Assembly (NCBI GenBank): GCA_038087875.1
Contig: JAXLNO010000341.1
Coordinates: 62,001-126,000, forward strand
DNA from: Malacoraja senta
Taxonomy: Eukaryota
Reading direction: 5' to 3'
DNA length: 64,000 nucleotides
How positions within the stretch are numbered: position 1 is the stretch's first letter; every line of letters begins with the position of its first letter. Made by a program: the position numbers and the translations under genes. Below, piece by piece: positions 12,036-24,577 of this stretch. Below the pieces are notes generated by a model, which saw only the letters and a program-made list of their open reading frames with translations, had not been told where the DNA came from and ran no database searches.

Positions 12036-13189
12036 GCACTCTAATGCAAGGGTAAATTGTTGTTACATTACTCTGTTCCACCGCCCTTTTCACTCACCAC
12101 CTCCACCAAAGTGATCAAGAGAGATGAGAAAAAGCTTTAATATGCTGCTCCATTTTAAACATTGTTGAAAACAAATTTGAAAGAATATTCCTGTTCTTGT
12201 ATAGTATTCGATTCTACACAGGGATTTTCAATTAAAGTATATATATTTATCTCAATGGTCGTAAAATATCCTTAACTATATGGTTGTCATTTAGGAAGGT
12301 GATATCGTCCAAGCAAATAATTGGTAAATAGAAAACAAAGTTCTGAAACGTCTCAGCAGGTCAGGGAGCATCTGTAGAAAGGGAAACGGGATTAAAGTCT
12401 TTGACCCGAAATGTTCCTCTGTTTCTCTTTCCATAGATTCTGCTTGACATTTTATCTGCTGTTTGGTTTTCAAGTAATTAATGAACGTAATCTTACTATT
12501 GTAATTGGTATAAAGCCAATCGGTAAGATTCTCAGCTTCCATCTGATGCCTGTGTTGATCAGCCAAACTCATTAAGGGGACTTTTATCTGCGGCATCCTG
12601 TGCAATGGGGATGTCAGTGACCAAGTCGGAAAATATAAGGATGTGGATACCTGATGTGGACGAGATCAGAGTTAAGTGGTACCTACGGCATCCAGATTCA
12701 GCTGGCAATACAGAGTCCATCTAGCAATGTTCTGATATCCAGGTTTTCATAGAGACCAGTCTTCAGCCAATGTTATTTACCGTGTTGTCAAAAAGCTGAG
12801 AACAATGAATGCAGTAAAGGCTACAGGACTTCCATAAGCTAGAGTACTGTCTGATTTTCCCCCTCTAAACCAATGCTGATAACTCTGTTGTATCATGCAA
12901 GAAGGAAGATGTTTCTTCCCCTTTGTTCTACCTATTGTCCTTGAATTTGACGGTTGCATTTATGGAAAGTATTATCTGATTCAATCTGATTGGAAACCAT
13001 GCAGAACAAAGCTTTCCACTACCTCTGCACAGGTGGCAAACCTGGGACCAGATCATGTCGCAGTTAAAGTCTTGTGCTCCATTATCTCTTGTGCTTGTAA
13101 CTAAGTTAGTTACCACAAAAATCGTACCTGTACTGTTTAGCAATGTGGAAACATTGCCCAGTTATGTTCTGTCCACAACAGCAGGACAA

Positions 13190-14045
13190 ATGTAATCCAG
13201 TTAATCCCCACCCCATCAGCCAAATCTCAATCAACAGAAAAGTGATGAAAGGTGGTTTGCCGACAATACTTCCAAGCAACACTTCCAATGAAGCTGCTGA
13301 GACTCAGAATGGAACATCTGTTTCAAACCTCTTCATAGCCTTGGTCCAAACTTGAACAAGAGAGTTTTTATTTTAGGGGTGAATTGATAGTGACTACCCA
13401 TGGCAGCATTTGACTGAACGTGACATCAAGGGGAAAACTCTCCGAAGGCTGGAGTCATAGCATGCATAAAGGAAGATGGTTTTCATTGTTGGAGATCAAT
13501 CATCCTGACCCCAGGGCATCCCAGCAGGAGATCCTGAGGGCTGAGTCCACGGCACATCATCTTCAGCTGCTTCATCAATAATCACTTGGCGATAGAGTCC
13601 GAAGTGCTGAACTTCACAATGCCTTCGCATGCAGCAGTTTTGGGACAACGTTGATGCCTAGGCTGACGGGTGGCAAGTAACATTTGCATGAGCAAAGTAC
13701 CAGATAACAACTTCTTCAACAAGTATTACCATTGCCATCTTGTCTACCGTTAACATCCCGATGGGATCATCATTGACCAGATACTTGGCTGGACTAACAG
13801 CTGGTCAGAGGCTGATTATCCATTGGTGAGTAACTCGTGCCTTTCTCCCACCTATAAGGCACAGATAAGGAGTAATACTGAATCTCCTTGCTTGCTTGAA
13901 TTAGATCAGCTCCAAATCACTCGGGAAGCTTGACAAATGGCATGTTCGATTGCTATCCAATTCACCACTATAAACATGCATTTCACTTAACATTGACGTC
14001 CAGTGGCTGCTGTGTATAATATCCACAAAATGCACTGCAGTTACA
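13190..14045 (+). mobile_element. Old, highly decayed CR1-clade LINE RT fragment
   Basis: Residual motifs such as tggcaagtaacattt (WQVTF) and atcttcagctgcttcatcaat (IFSCFIN). No intact ORF. Confidence 0.45.
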
Positions 14046-14048
14046 TGT

Positions 14049-14342
14049 AGTTTTAGTTTTAGAGATACAGCGCGGAAGCAGGCCCTTCGGCCCATCATGC
14101 CGACCAGCGATCCTCCCATATTAACACTATCCTACGCACACTAGGGACAATTTACACTTATACCAAGCCAATTAACCTACAAACCTGTACGTCTTTGGAA
14201 GAAACCGAAGATCTTGGAGAAAACCCACGTGGACACGGGGAGAACGTACGAACTCCGTACAGACAGAACCTGTAGTTGGGATCGAACCCAGGTCTCCAGT
14301 GCTGCAAGGCAGCAACTCTACTGCTGCGCCACCATGCCGCCC
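14049..14342 (-). mobile_element. HE1-type SINE
   Basis: Same head, V-domain and tail as 8740-9039. Confidence 0.9.
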
Positions 14343-14597
14343 TAGGTGACACAGTGCCTGTCCTTCACCACAAAGAAGGACAAAAGCAGCATGGAAATAT
14401 GACCATGTGCAAGTTGTCAGCCAAATAAACAACATCCAGCCGTGGAAAAGATTTGCTGTTCTTTTATCAGCACGGGTCCAGATAAGGAACTCTTTACTCA
14501 AGAACATTGGAGTACAACCTTGATGGGAAAATGTAATCCCCGTCAACTCCTAACCTTGTTAAATGGATATCGGTAATGGGAAGAAAAGTTGGCCCAT

Positions 14598-14912
14598 GGG
14601 CGGCACGGTGGCGCGGCGGTAGAGTTGCTGCCTTACAGCGCGTGCACCACTGGAGACCTGGGTTCGATCCCAATTACGGGAGCTGTCTGTAAGGAGTTTG
14701 TAGTGCTCCACGTGACTGTGGGTTTTTTCTCAGATCTTCGGTTTACTCCTGCACTCCAAAGACATACCGGTTTGTAGGTAAATTGGCTTGGTAAATGTAA
14801 AAATTGTCCCTAGTGTGTGTAGGATAGTGTTAATATGCGGGTATCGCTGGTCAGCACGGATTCGGTGGGCCGAAGGGCCTGTTTCCGCGTTGTATATCTA
14901 AACTAAACTAAA
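14598..14912 (+). mobile_element. HE1-type SINE
   Basis: gggcggcacggtggcgcggcggtagag (A box), ggttcgatccc (B box), tail gggccgaagggcctgtttcc...ctaaactaaac. Confidence 0.9.
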
Positions 14913-15781
14913 ATGATCTGAAAATGGATTAAAAAATGTTTTAAAGCCCTGATTCACTCCATTCCAGAGAACATTGGTCGCAAACTGGAGGCTGGATGAT
15001 CAAAGAACTGTATGCCACCATGGAGCCAGACTTGAAAGAAAATCTATGGGGAAATATTAAGAACATTAATTTCATGTGTTGATCCATTTGATGGCTGTGT
15101 CCTGTTTTTTCAAAGAACTGGGGCTACTTACCTATTTGCCAACATGAGATTAAAAAACTAAATGGACATGCTTCTAAATATTTAATTTATAATGTGGTGC
15201 TCTTAACCTATGCTATTATTTCAAACTATCAGATGCTGATGTGTATTCTCTACTTATGGCCCACTTATTCTTTGATTTTTTTTTAAATCTCTCAAGGTCA
15301 CTACCAACAAGCTCATTCATAACATGAAGAGCAAATGAAAAGGATTTTATTCCTTCTCTTTTTAAGTGATTAAAGCAGATAATCTTGAAGGAAGTACCAC
15401 ATAAAAGACAGTCTGATTTTTGCATTTTTATTGCAATAATTTTCTGAGAGAGTCAATAGTTTGCTTTAATTTGTCTATCGAGCTCATGTTCTCAGTCCCA
15501 TAAATTACTTGTATCTAGCCAGATGCTGCTAGTGGCAGCAGCCCTGACTTGGAGCAAGGCAAGATAAATGCCACTGCTGTCTGTGGAGTGTTTTGCCATT
15601 GCTTGCAGAGAGTCTATTGATAAGATAGATATTACCTCCAGAACAGAGCTCAGCCATTCAGGCCATCAATTCATCTCTCTGTTAGCTGATCCATATCCTC
15701 GGCAACTGGTACAAGTATGGCCTCTAGGTGCTCCAATGGAATGCTTTAATTTTAGCTACGGGGCACAGGTGACGGGGAATG

Positions 15782-16255
15782 TGTAGGATGGAACTGCAGA
15801 TGCTGGTTTGAATACGTTTTATTAGCCAAGTATGTATACATACAAGGAATTTGCCTTGGTGCCTTGCTTGCAAGGATAACAACACAATATACAGTAAACA
15901 ATTAAAAATATTAAAACATTATAATTTAAACATGTGAAGAATAAAATAAAATACCAGAGCTGAAGATAAACAGACTACAAAAGTAGTCTGAAGAAGGGTC
16001 TCGACCCAAAACGTCACCTATTTGCCTTGGTGCCTTGCTTGCAAGGATAACAACACAATATACAGTAAACAATTAAAAATATTAAAACATTATAATTTAA
16101 ACATGTGAAGAATAAAATAAAATACCAGAGCTGAAGATAAACAGACTACAAAAGTAGTCTGAAGAAGGGTCTCGACCCAAAACGTCACCTATTCCTTCTC
16201 TCCAGAGATGCTGCCTGTCCCGCTGAGTTACTCCAGCGTTTTGTGTCTATCTTCG
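15782..16255. mobile_element. Composite: fold-back Penelope-terminus element, nested Rex-type tail (-), and an exact 171-bp tandem duplication
   Basis: TSD-like ggtRacRgggaatg at 15768-15781 and 16256-16269. Bases 15849-16019 are repeated at 16020-16190. Confidence 0.75.
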
Positions 16256-16389
16256 GGTAACAGGGAATGCCAGCCTGTACAGCCCACACATTACTGCCTT
16301 TTACGGACTAACTAATCATCAACCTGCTTGAATCTGCTTCACTTTTTGAGGAGTTGCAGATGATTATTGTGTAATGCTTGTGTGTTTCC

Positions 16390-16690
16390 TTACGCCGTAG
16401 GAGGTCTTTTGACCCATTGAGTCTACGCGAGCTCACAGAGCAGTCCCATTCTCCCGCTAATTTTCCCCAGTACCTGCTACTTTCGCCCACACTGCCATCG
16501 GCCGCCCTCAAGTTCTACCATTTGCCTGCATGTCAATTGTCTTGGCAACCTGAACAACTTTGGGATGTGGGAAGAAACTGGAGTGCTTGATGGAAACCAG
16601 TGGGTCATGTGAGATTGTCCACACAGACAGCACCACAGACGTGATTAAAGCCAATTCACAAGCTATGAAACAGTAGCTTAATAAAGCCAC
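16390..16690 (-). mobile_element. Old diverged V-SINE
   Basis: ctttgggatgtgggaagaaactggagtgc...cacacagacagcacca is a diverged version of the SINE V-domain. Confidence 0.55.
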
Positions 16691-17109
16691 CGCTATTTGT
16701 CAGTGAAGCTTTACATGGATTTGCTGCATCAATAAACCCTATTGATGCAGCAACTGATAATGGGTAGCCTAGGAACTTTTCAGTGAAAAACGCGTGAAGT
16801 AATATCCAGAGCCTGAAATGGTTGACCTTCAATAATCTCAACCATTTTTTGAGTAAAATGGAGAGCTTTCCCTTGACTTTCATTGACTCCAGTTGTACCA
16901 GAGAATCTTACTGCTCCATTCTTACATTTGCTTAATGTCAAAAGGCACTAACTTGCACATCACCTTTGGAAGTGCCCTTGTACCTTAGTTTGGAACACGG
17001 CTTCAATGAGGTCCTCACCCAAGTGGTTCAGACCCAAACTGGATGGACCATGCAAGCAAGTTGTTTAACAAGTACCATCCAATATAATTCTTGATGGTAA
17101 ATTTTCACA

Positions 17110-18210
17110 TTATGGTGCCATGCTACGACTATATAAAACACTGGTGAGGCCACATCTAGAATGTGGTGTGTAGATTTGATTGCCCCATGGGGAAAAGATG
17201 CGATTTAAGATAGGGTGCAGAAAGGTTCACAAATGTTACATGGATTGGAGAGCTTGACTTATGGGGAGCTTGACTTATCGGCGAAGTCTGCTTTTCCTGA
17301 AGTGAAGGAGGCTGAAAGTTAACATGACCAAGGTATATAAAACTAGAAGAAGCATAGGTAGAATAGGTAGCCAGTGTTTGGTTTCCCCATGGTAGCGAAG
17401 TCTAAAACTAGAGAACATAGGTTTATGGTGAGGAGAATCAAAGGGAAGCTAAGGGGCACGTTTTCAGTGTTCTGGGCATATGGAATGAGTTGCAAAGGAA
17501 TTTAACACAGAAATGTGAGTGGTTACATTTGAGAGCACTAACAGGGGCAGAACCTACATAGTGAACACTAGGGCTCTGGGGAGTGTTGTAGAGCAGAGGG
17601 ATCTAATAGTTAATTAAAATTGGCATTACAGGTCGATAGGGTGGTCAAAATGGCATTTGGCACAGTGACCTTCATCAGTCAGAGCATTAAGTATAGAAGT
17701 TGGGAGGTCATATTGCAGTTGTATAAGACGTTGGTAAGGCCGCATTTAGAATATTGGGGTCAGTTTTGGGAACCATGTTATAAGAAAGATGTTGTCAAGC
17801 AGGAAAGGGTGCAGTAAAGATTTACGAGGATGTTGCCAGGACTCAAGGGTCTGAGCTACAGGGAGCGATTGAGTAGGTTGGGACACTTCCTTGGAGTGCA
17901 GGAGGATGAGGGGTGATCTTATAGAGGTGTATAATGAGTGGAATTGATCAGGTAAGTGCACAGTCTCTCTTGCCCAGAGTAGGGGAATCGAGAACTAGAG
18001 GACATAAGTTGAAGGTGAGGGGGGAAAGATTTAGTAGAACCCGAGGGGTAAATTTTTCACACACAGTGTGGGTAGGTGTATGGAACAAGCTACCGGAGGA
18101 GATAGTTGAGGCAAGTACTATTACAACTTTTAAGAAACATTTAGACAGGTACATGGATAGGATAGGTTTAGAGGGATATGGGCCAAATGCAGGCAGGTGC
18201 GACTAGTGTA
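17110..18210 (+). mobile_element. Two tandem CR1 fragments; the second is split by the Tc1 at 18211 and resumes at 19843-19920
   Basis: LYKTLVRPHLEY and RTRGHKLKVRG...WNKLPEE. The tail gcaggtgcgactagtgTA|TAtatgtgacatgttggc...gggccgaagggcctgttt continues after the Tc1. Confidence 0.85.
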
Positions 18211-19840
18211 CAGTGGCTTGCAAAAGTATTCATACCTCTTGAACTTTTCCACATTTTGTCACGTTACAACCGCAAACGTAAATGTATTTTATTGGGATTT
18301 TATGTGATAAACCAACACAAAGTGGCGCATAATTGTGAAGTGGAAGGAAAATGATACATGGTTTTCAAATTTTTTTACAAATAAAAAACTGAAAAGTGTC
18401 GCGTGCAAAAGTATTCAGCCCCCTTTACTCTGATACCCCTAAATAAAATCCAGTGCAACCAATTGCCTTCAGAAGTTACCTAATTAGTAAATAGAGTCCA
18501 CTTGTGTGTAATCTAATCTCAGTATAAATACAGCTGTTCTGTGAAGGCCTCAGAGGTTTGTTAGAGAACATTAGTGAACAAACAGCATCATGAAGCCCAA
18601 GGAACACACCAGACAGGTCAGGGATAAAGTTGTGGAGAAGTTTAAAGCAGGGTTAGGTTATAAACAAATAGCCCAAGCTTTGAACATCTCACGGAGCACT
18701 GTTCAATCCATCATCCGAAAATGGAAAGAGTATGGCACAACTGCAAACCTACCAAGACATGGCCGTCCACCTAAACTGACAGGCCGGGCAAGGAGAGCAT
18801 TGATCAGAGAAGCAGCCAAGAGGCCCATGGTAACTCTGGAGGAGCTGCAGAGATCCACAGCTCAGGTGGGAGAATCTGTCCACAGGACAACTATTAGTCG
18901 TGCACTCCACAAATCGGGCCTTTATGCAAGAGTGGCAAGAAGAAAGCCATTGTTGAAAAAAAAGCCATAAGAAGTCCCGTTTGCAGTTTGCCACAAGCCA
19001 TGTGGGGGACACAGCAAACATGTGGAGGAAGGTGCTCTGGTCAGATGAGACCAAAATTGAAGTTTTTGGCCTAAATGCAAAACGCTATGTGTGGCGGAAA
19101 CCTAACACTGCACATCACCCTGAACACACCATCCCCACTGTGAAACATGGTGGTGGCAGCATCATGCTGTGGGGATGCTTTTCTTCAGCAGGGACAGGGA
19201 AGCTGGTCAGAGTTGATGGGAAGATGGATGGAGCCAAATACTGGGCAATCTTGGAAGAAAACCTGTTAGAGTCTGCAAAAGACTTGAGACTGGGGCAGAG
19301 GTTCACCTTCCAGCAGGACAACGACCCTAAACATACAGCCAGAGCTACAATGGAATGGTTTAGATCAAAGCATATTCATGTGTTAGAATGGCCCAGTCAA
19401 AGTCCAGACCTAAATCCAATTGAGAATCTCTGGCAAGACTTGAAAATTGCTGTTCACAGATGCTCTCCATCCAATCTGACTGAGTTTGAGCTATTTTGCA
19501 AAGAAGAATGGGCAAAAATTTCAGTCTCTAGATGTGCAAAGCTGGTAGACACATACCCCAAAAGACTTGCAGCTGTAATTGCAGCGAAAGGTGGTTCTAG
19601 AAAGTATTGACTCGGGGGGGGGGGGGGGGGGCTGAATACTTTTGCATGCGACACTTTTCAGTTTTTTTATTTGTAAAAAAATTTGAAAACCATGTGTCAT
19701 TATCCTTCCACTTCACCATTATGCACCACTTTGTGTTGGTCTATCACATAAAATCCCATTAAAATACATTTACGTTTGTGGTTGTAACGTGACAAAATGT
19801 GGAAAAGTTCAAGGGGTATGAATACTTTTGCAAGCCACTG
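18211..19840 (+). mobile_element. Full-length Tc1/mariner transposon, DD34E, IR/DR type, Passport/Eagle/Glan-like
   Basis: TA TSD (18209-10 and 19841-42). TIRs of ~212 bp start cagtggcttgcaaaagtattca and carry the internal direct repeat gcaaaagtattca. Length 1630 bp, with a transposase inside. Confidence 0.95.
18590..19610 (+). pseudogene. Tc1 transposase: 339 aa if one A is removed from the A8 run at 18956-18963
   Basis: MKPKEHTRQVRDKVVEKF paired-like HTH, GRPPK AT-hook, WSDE, QQDND-34-E (DLNPIE), C-terminal KGGSRKY. A single +1 frameshift joins ORFs 18590..18970 and 18981..19610. Confidence 0.9.
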
Positions 19841-20821
19841 TATATGTGACATGTTGGCAGGTGTGGGCAAGTTGGGCCGAAGGGCCTGTTTGCACACTAA
19901 GTCTCTGATTCTATGACACTATAAGTGATGGAGGCAGGTACAGTTATATATTTTCAAATTCATTTGGCCAGGTTAATGGATGGGAAAGGTTTAACGGGAT
20001 ATGAACTAAATACATGCAAATGGGATTATCTCGGGAAGGTACGCTGGTTGGCATGGTTGAGTTTGGCAGAAGGGCCTTTTTCCATGTTTAACTTTATGAT
20101 TCTACAGCCTTGTATTTCTATTGCAGTTTCAATGTGGTTGAGATGTGAAAGGCATAAGGGCTAAATACATATGTTGACATCACAGCAGTGACAGCACTGC
20201 AAGCCCCAGACTATATTGCAGCAGAAATAGGGCAATTGCATTAAACATTTTGATATATGAAGTGATACTAAGCAAGTTTGTTGCAATAGAAATGTCACTG
20301 GGCTGTGATGGTGTGTGTCCTGGAATAATCCAGAGATGAAAGTGTGGCGGTTCTAATAAACCTTTTCATATCTATAGGAACAACCATTCTGCTGAAGAAT
20401 AGTATTAACTTTGTTTAAAATGGGATTAAGCAATATACAGGGTTCTTTACAGCTCAGTTAGAATGAAGTTGGCAATGCTAATTTTCACGCAGTTGTAATA
20501 TTGGAAGAGCTGCAAAGATTTGGGTTATTAAAAAAAAAAAAAGCCAGGAAAGGTTCAGAAAATATAAGTTCGGACTAGAAAATTCAGTTGAGTTATGTTC
20601 AATGTTTTGCAAGAACTGTTACTTGGAAGACCATCTGGAGCATTTTTTCTGGATATTTTCTGGAGCAGTCTAACATGGTTTCTTCTTCTATGTATTCTTC
20701 TAGTTGCTTTTTTTTTTTGTCCACTGCATTAAAATTACTCAAATTCCCTCTATAATAATTTCAGTGCAACCCATCCTTGCCAATAGACCAGGGAGCTCCA
20801 CATGCATTTAAAGAAAAGGTT

Positions 20822-20960
20822 TCGGAAAGAACTGCAAACGCTGGATTAAATCAAAGATAGGCACAGAATGCTGGAGTAACTCAGCGGGACAGGCAGCATC
20901 TCTGGAGAGAAGGAATGGGTGACGTCTCGCATACCTTCTCTCCAGCATTTTGTGCCTATC
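20822..20960. mobile_element. Fold-back Penelope-terminus element with 13-bp TSD, beside or inside a Rex-type 3' end (to ~21215)
   Basis: TSD taaagaaaaggtt at 20809-20821 and 20961-20973. Downstream ttcaagaatagcttcttccca (FKNSFFP) and gcaagtaagaatttcattgtt...gacaattaaac. Confidence 0.8.
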
Positions 20961-21268
20961 TAAAGAAAAGGTTACCACATTCAAGAATAGCTTCTTCCCA
21001 GCAACCGTCTTGAACAGAACACACTAATTGATGAACTATTGATCGTCTTTGGTTGCACTAAGAAATTATTTTTGCACTGGTATTGGGGTTATCAATTTAT
21101 TGAATTTTTGTTCATGAAATAATCATGTGTATTGTGTTACAGGCCTGTTAAGCTGCTGCAAGTAAGAATTTCATTGTTCTGGCATTGATAATATGACAAT
21201 TAAACATTCTTGACATTGTCAGACTGGGAAAGAAAGACATGGTCTACAATTATCCCTGAAGGCATATA

Positions 21269-22897
21269 CAGTGCTCTCCATAATGTTTGGGACAATGACC
21301 CATAATTTATTTAATTGCCTCTGTACTCCACAATTTGAGATTTGTAATAGTAAAATAATCACATGTGGTTAAATTGCACATTGTCAGATTTTAATAAAGG
21401 CCATTTTTATACATTTTGGTTTCACCCTGTAGAAATTACAGCAGTGTTTATACATAGTCCCCCCATTTCAGGGCATCATAATGTTTGGGACATGGCAATG
21501 TCATGGTAAATGAAAGTAGTCATATTTAGTATTTTATTGCATATCCTTTGCATGCAATGACTGCTTGAATTCTGTGATGCATGGACATCACCAGTTGCTG
21601 GGTGTCATCTCTGGTGATGCTCTGCCAGGCCCGTTTTACAGCTATATTTAGCTTATGCTTGTTTAGGGGGCTAGTACCCTTCAGTTTTCTCTTCAGCATA
21701 TAAAAGGCATGCACAATTGGGTTCAGATCAGGGGATTGACTTGGCCACTCAAGAATTGACCATTTTTTAGCTTTGAAAAACTCCTTTGTTGCTTTAGCAG
21801 TATGTTTGGGATCATTGTCTTGCCATAGAATGAACCGCCGGCTAATGAGTTTTGAGGCATTTGTTTGAACTTGAGCAGATAGGATATGTCTATACACTTC
21901 AGAATTCATTATGCTACTACCATCAACAGTTGTATCATCAATGAAGATAAGTGAGCCAGTACCTTCAGCAGCCATACATGCCCAGGCCATAACACCCCCA
22001 CCACTGTGCTTCATAGATGAGGTGGTATGCTTTGGAGCTTGGGCAGTTCCTTCTCTCCTCCATCACTTGCTCTTGCCATCACTCTGATATAAGCTAATCT
22101 TCGTCTCATCTGTCCACAAGACCTTTTTCCAGAACAGTGGTTGATCTTTTAAGTACTTCTTGGCAAACTGTGACCTAGCCATCCTATTTTTGCGGCTAAC
22201 CAGTGGTTTGCATCTTGCAGTGTAGCCTCTGTATTTCTGTTCATGAAGTCTTCTGCGGACAGTGGTCATTGACAAATCCACACCTGATTCCTGAAGAGTT
22301 TTTCTGATCTGTCGGACAGGTGTTTGGGGATTTTTCTTTATTATAGAGAGCATTCTTCTGTCATCAGCTGTGGAGGTCTTCCTTGGCCTGCCGGTCCCTT
22401 TGCAATTAGTGAGTTCACCAGTGCTCTCTTTCTTCTTAATGATGTTCCAAACAGTTGATTTTGGTAAGCCTAAGATTGGGCTGATATCTCCAACAGTTTT
22501 ATTCTTGTTTCGCAGTCTCATAATGGCTTCTTTGACTTTCATTGGCACAACTTGATGTTGATAAACAGCATAAAAGTTTCCAAAGGTGATGGAAAGACTG
22601 GAGGAAAGACTAGGTGCTGAGAGCTCTCTTATACCTGCATTAGGGAAGCAATTACAAACACCTGTGAAGCCATTTGTCCCAAACATTTTGGTGCCCTGAA
22701 ATGGGGGGGACTATGTATAAACGCGGCTGTAATTTCTACATGGTGAAACCAAAATGTATAAAAATGGCCTTTAATAAAATTTAACAATGTGCACTTTAAC
22801 CACATGTCATTTTTTTCTATTTCTAATCTCAAATTGTGGAGTACAGTGGCACTAAATAAATGATGTGTCTTTGTCCCAAACATTATGGAGGGCACTG
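21269..22897 (-). mobile_element. Full-length decayed Tc1 transposon (second family)
   Basis: TA flanks and ~220-bp TIRs starting cagtgcYctccataatgtttgggacaa. Transposase pieces 22063..22686 and 21526..22014 (GRPRKT, WTDETK, QDNDPKH). Lesions: an in-frame stop, catalytic E changed to V (DLNPIV), and a deleted start. Confidence 0.95.
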
Positions 22898-22956
22898 TAT
22901 TTGTGTAACAAAAAATCTATGCTCAGGAATTTTTGGATTCAATATGTAAAGCTTGT

Positions 22957-23138
22957 AATATGTAAAGCTGAAGATGTACAGCTAAAGCTAAATAAAGCTA
23001 ATATGTATATTCTGAAGAAGGGGTTCGGCCCGAAATGTTGCCTATTTCCTTCGCTCCATAGATGCTGCTGCACCCGCTGAGTTTCTCCTGCACTTTTGTC
23101 TACCTTCGATTTTCCAGCATCTGCAGCTCCTTCTTAAA
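22957..23138 (+). mobile_element. Penelope-terminus element with 17-bp TSD and scrambled 5' filler
   Basis: caatatgtaaagcttgt at 22940-22956 and 23139-23155. Core ctgaagaaggggttcggcccgaaa at 23012. Confidence 0.8.
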
Positions 23139-23741
23139 CAATATGTAAAGCTTGTTGAAGCTTTGATTCCAGAGATCATATATTTTGATGTATTATTACC
23201 ATGTTTAGTGCTGGCTGCACTAAACCAAAACAGTGAAATTTCTTTTTAACTCTACTCTTCGGGATGCTTCAGAATTTGTGTGCATTTCCAAGTTAATTTT
23301 GAGCTAGATTACTTTCATCTTAAATATAGACCCTTTTTATATTCATCCAAATTATAATATATTTCAAACAGAATTGAAATGCCAGGTTTAATTAATGTTT
23401 AGTTTTGAAATTCTGTGGGCTGAGTTTCCCATTTGATGTCTGCTTGCATATATTTCTGATGTAGTACAATAGTTATGTTCCTAAGAAACCTTGCATTATA
23501 GAATATTGTGTTATTAAAAACAAATATCAATGTGGAAAAGAGTTCAGGGTTAGAGTTTCAGACTTGCAGAGTTATTTTTCTGCCAGGGTTTTCAAAAACG
23601 AAGTTTGTTTTTTGTTCTGGCAAGCAAAAAAACCAAAAGCTGTACGGTAGTGTTTAATGTCATTGCCATGAGTGTCAATAGAAGCAATTGCTTGTTAATT
23701 TCAAAGATCACCTGTGGTGAAACTTTACAGATTGTGTTCTT

Positions 23742-23945
23742 GGAGACACGAGGAACTGCAAATACTGGAATCTTGAGCAAAGCACACATTGCTGAAGGAA
23801 TTCAGCGGGTCAGGAAGCATCTGCAGAGGGAATGTACAGGCAACATTTCAAGTCGGGACCCTTCTTCAGACTTAAGAAGGGTCTTGACCAAAAAATCGTA
23901 CATTCCCTCTATAGATGCTGCCTGACCCATTGACTTTCTCCAGAC
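23742..23945. mobile_element. Fold-back Penelope-terminus element
   Basis: Arms joined at gacccttcttcagacttaagaagggtc. Confidence 0.7.
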
Positions 23946-24194
23946 TATGCTCTTGGGGTACAATGGTGTCTGAATACCACGAGTCGATTACATGGAAATG
24001 TCCCCTGATTGTTGCTTTCAGAGACCGCTTTTAGGCTTGTCAATTTCCAGACTGACTTTTAATTGGCTTTCTCGTTCCTATTGAATTCGCGTGAAACCAA
24101 TTTGGCCCGTGTAATAAATATTGTTCCCAAATTCGTCAATTGTGTTATTTCCCATTAGCATTATGGAAACGTGCATTGGAGCAGAACTACCTGC

Positions 24195-24450
24195 TTAGAT
24201 TAGTTTATTATTGTCAAACGTACTGAGTTGAGTGAAAATCTTTTTATTGCGTGCTATCCAGTCAAAGGAAAGACTATATGTGATTACATTCAAGCTGTCC
24301 ACTGTACAGATAAAGGGCACAACATTTAGTGCAAGATAAAGTCCGATTAAAGATAGTTCAAAGATCTCCGATGAGGTCGAGGGGAGGTCAGAACTGCATT
24401 CTGGCTGGTGTGAGGACGGTTCAGTTGTCTGATAACAGATAGCTCAGTTG
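24195..24450 (-). mobile_element. Rex-type LINE 3' tail
   Basis: gtttattattgtca...tactgag...agtgaaaa...cggttcagttgtctgataacag, homologous to 53895-54130. Confidence 0.55.
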
Positions 24451-24577
24451 CCAGTGTACAATTCCCAAGAAAAGGAGCCCAATAATGACTTCAAACTTGG
24501 ATGAAAATGGGGGAGAATTTGTGTACAGGATACTCTGACATGAGCGATTTGTGCAGACGTGTTTAAATGATCCCAGA

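Noticed and set aside
14598..14680. Possible tRNA gene
   Set aside because: The A/B boxes belong to the tRNA-derived head of an HE1 SINE and are followed by the V-domain and LINE tail.
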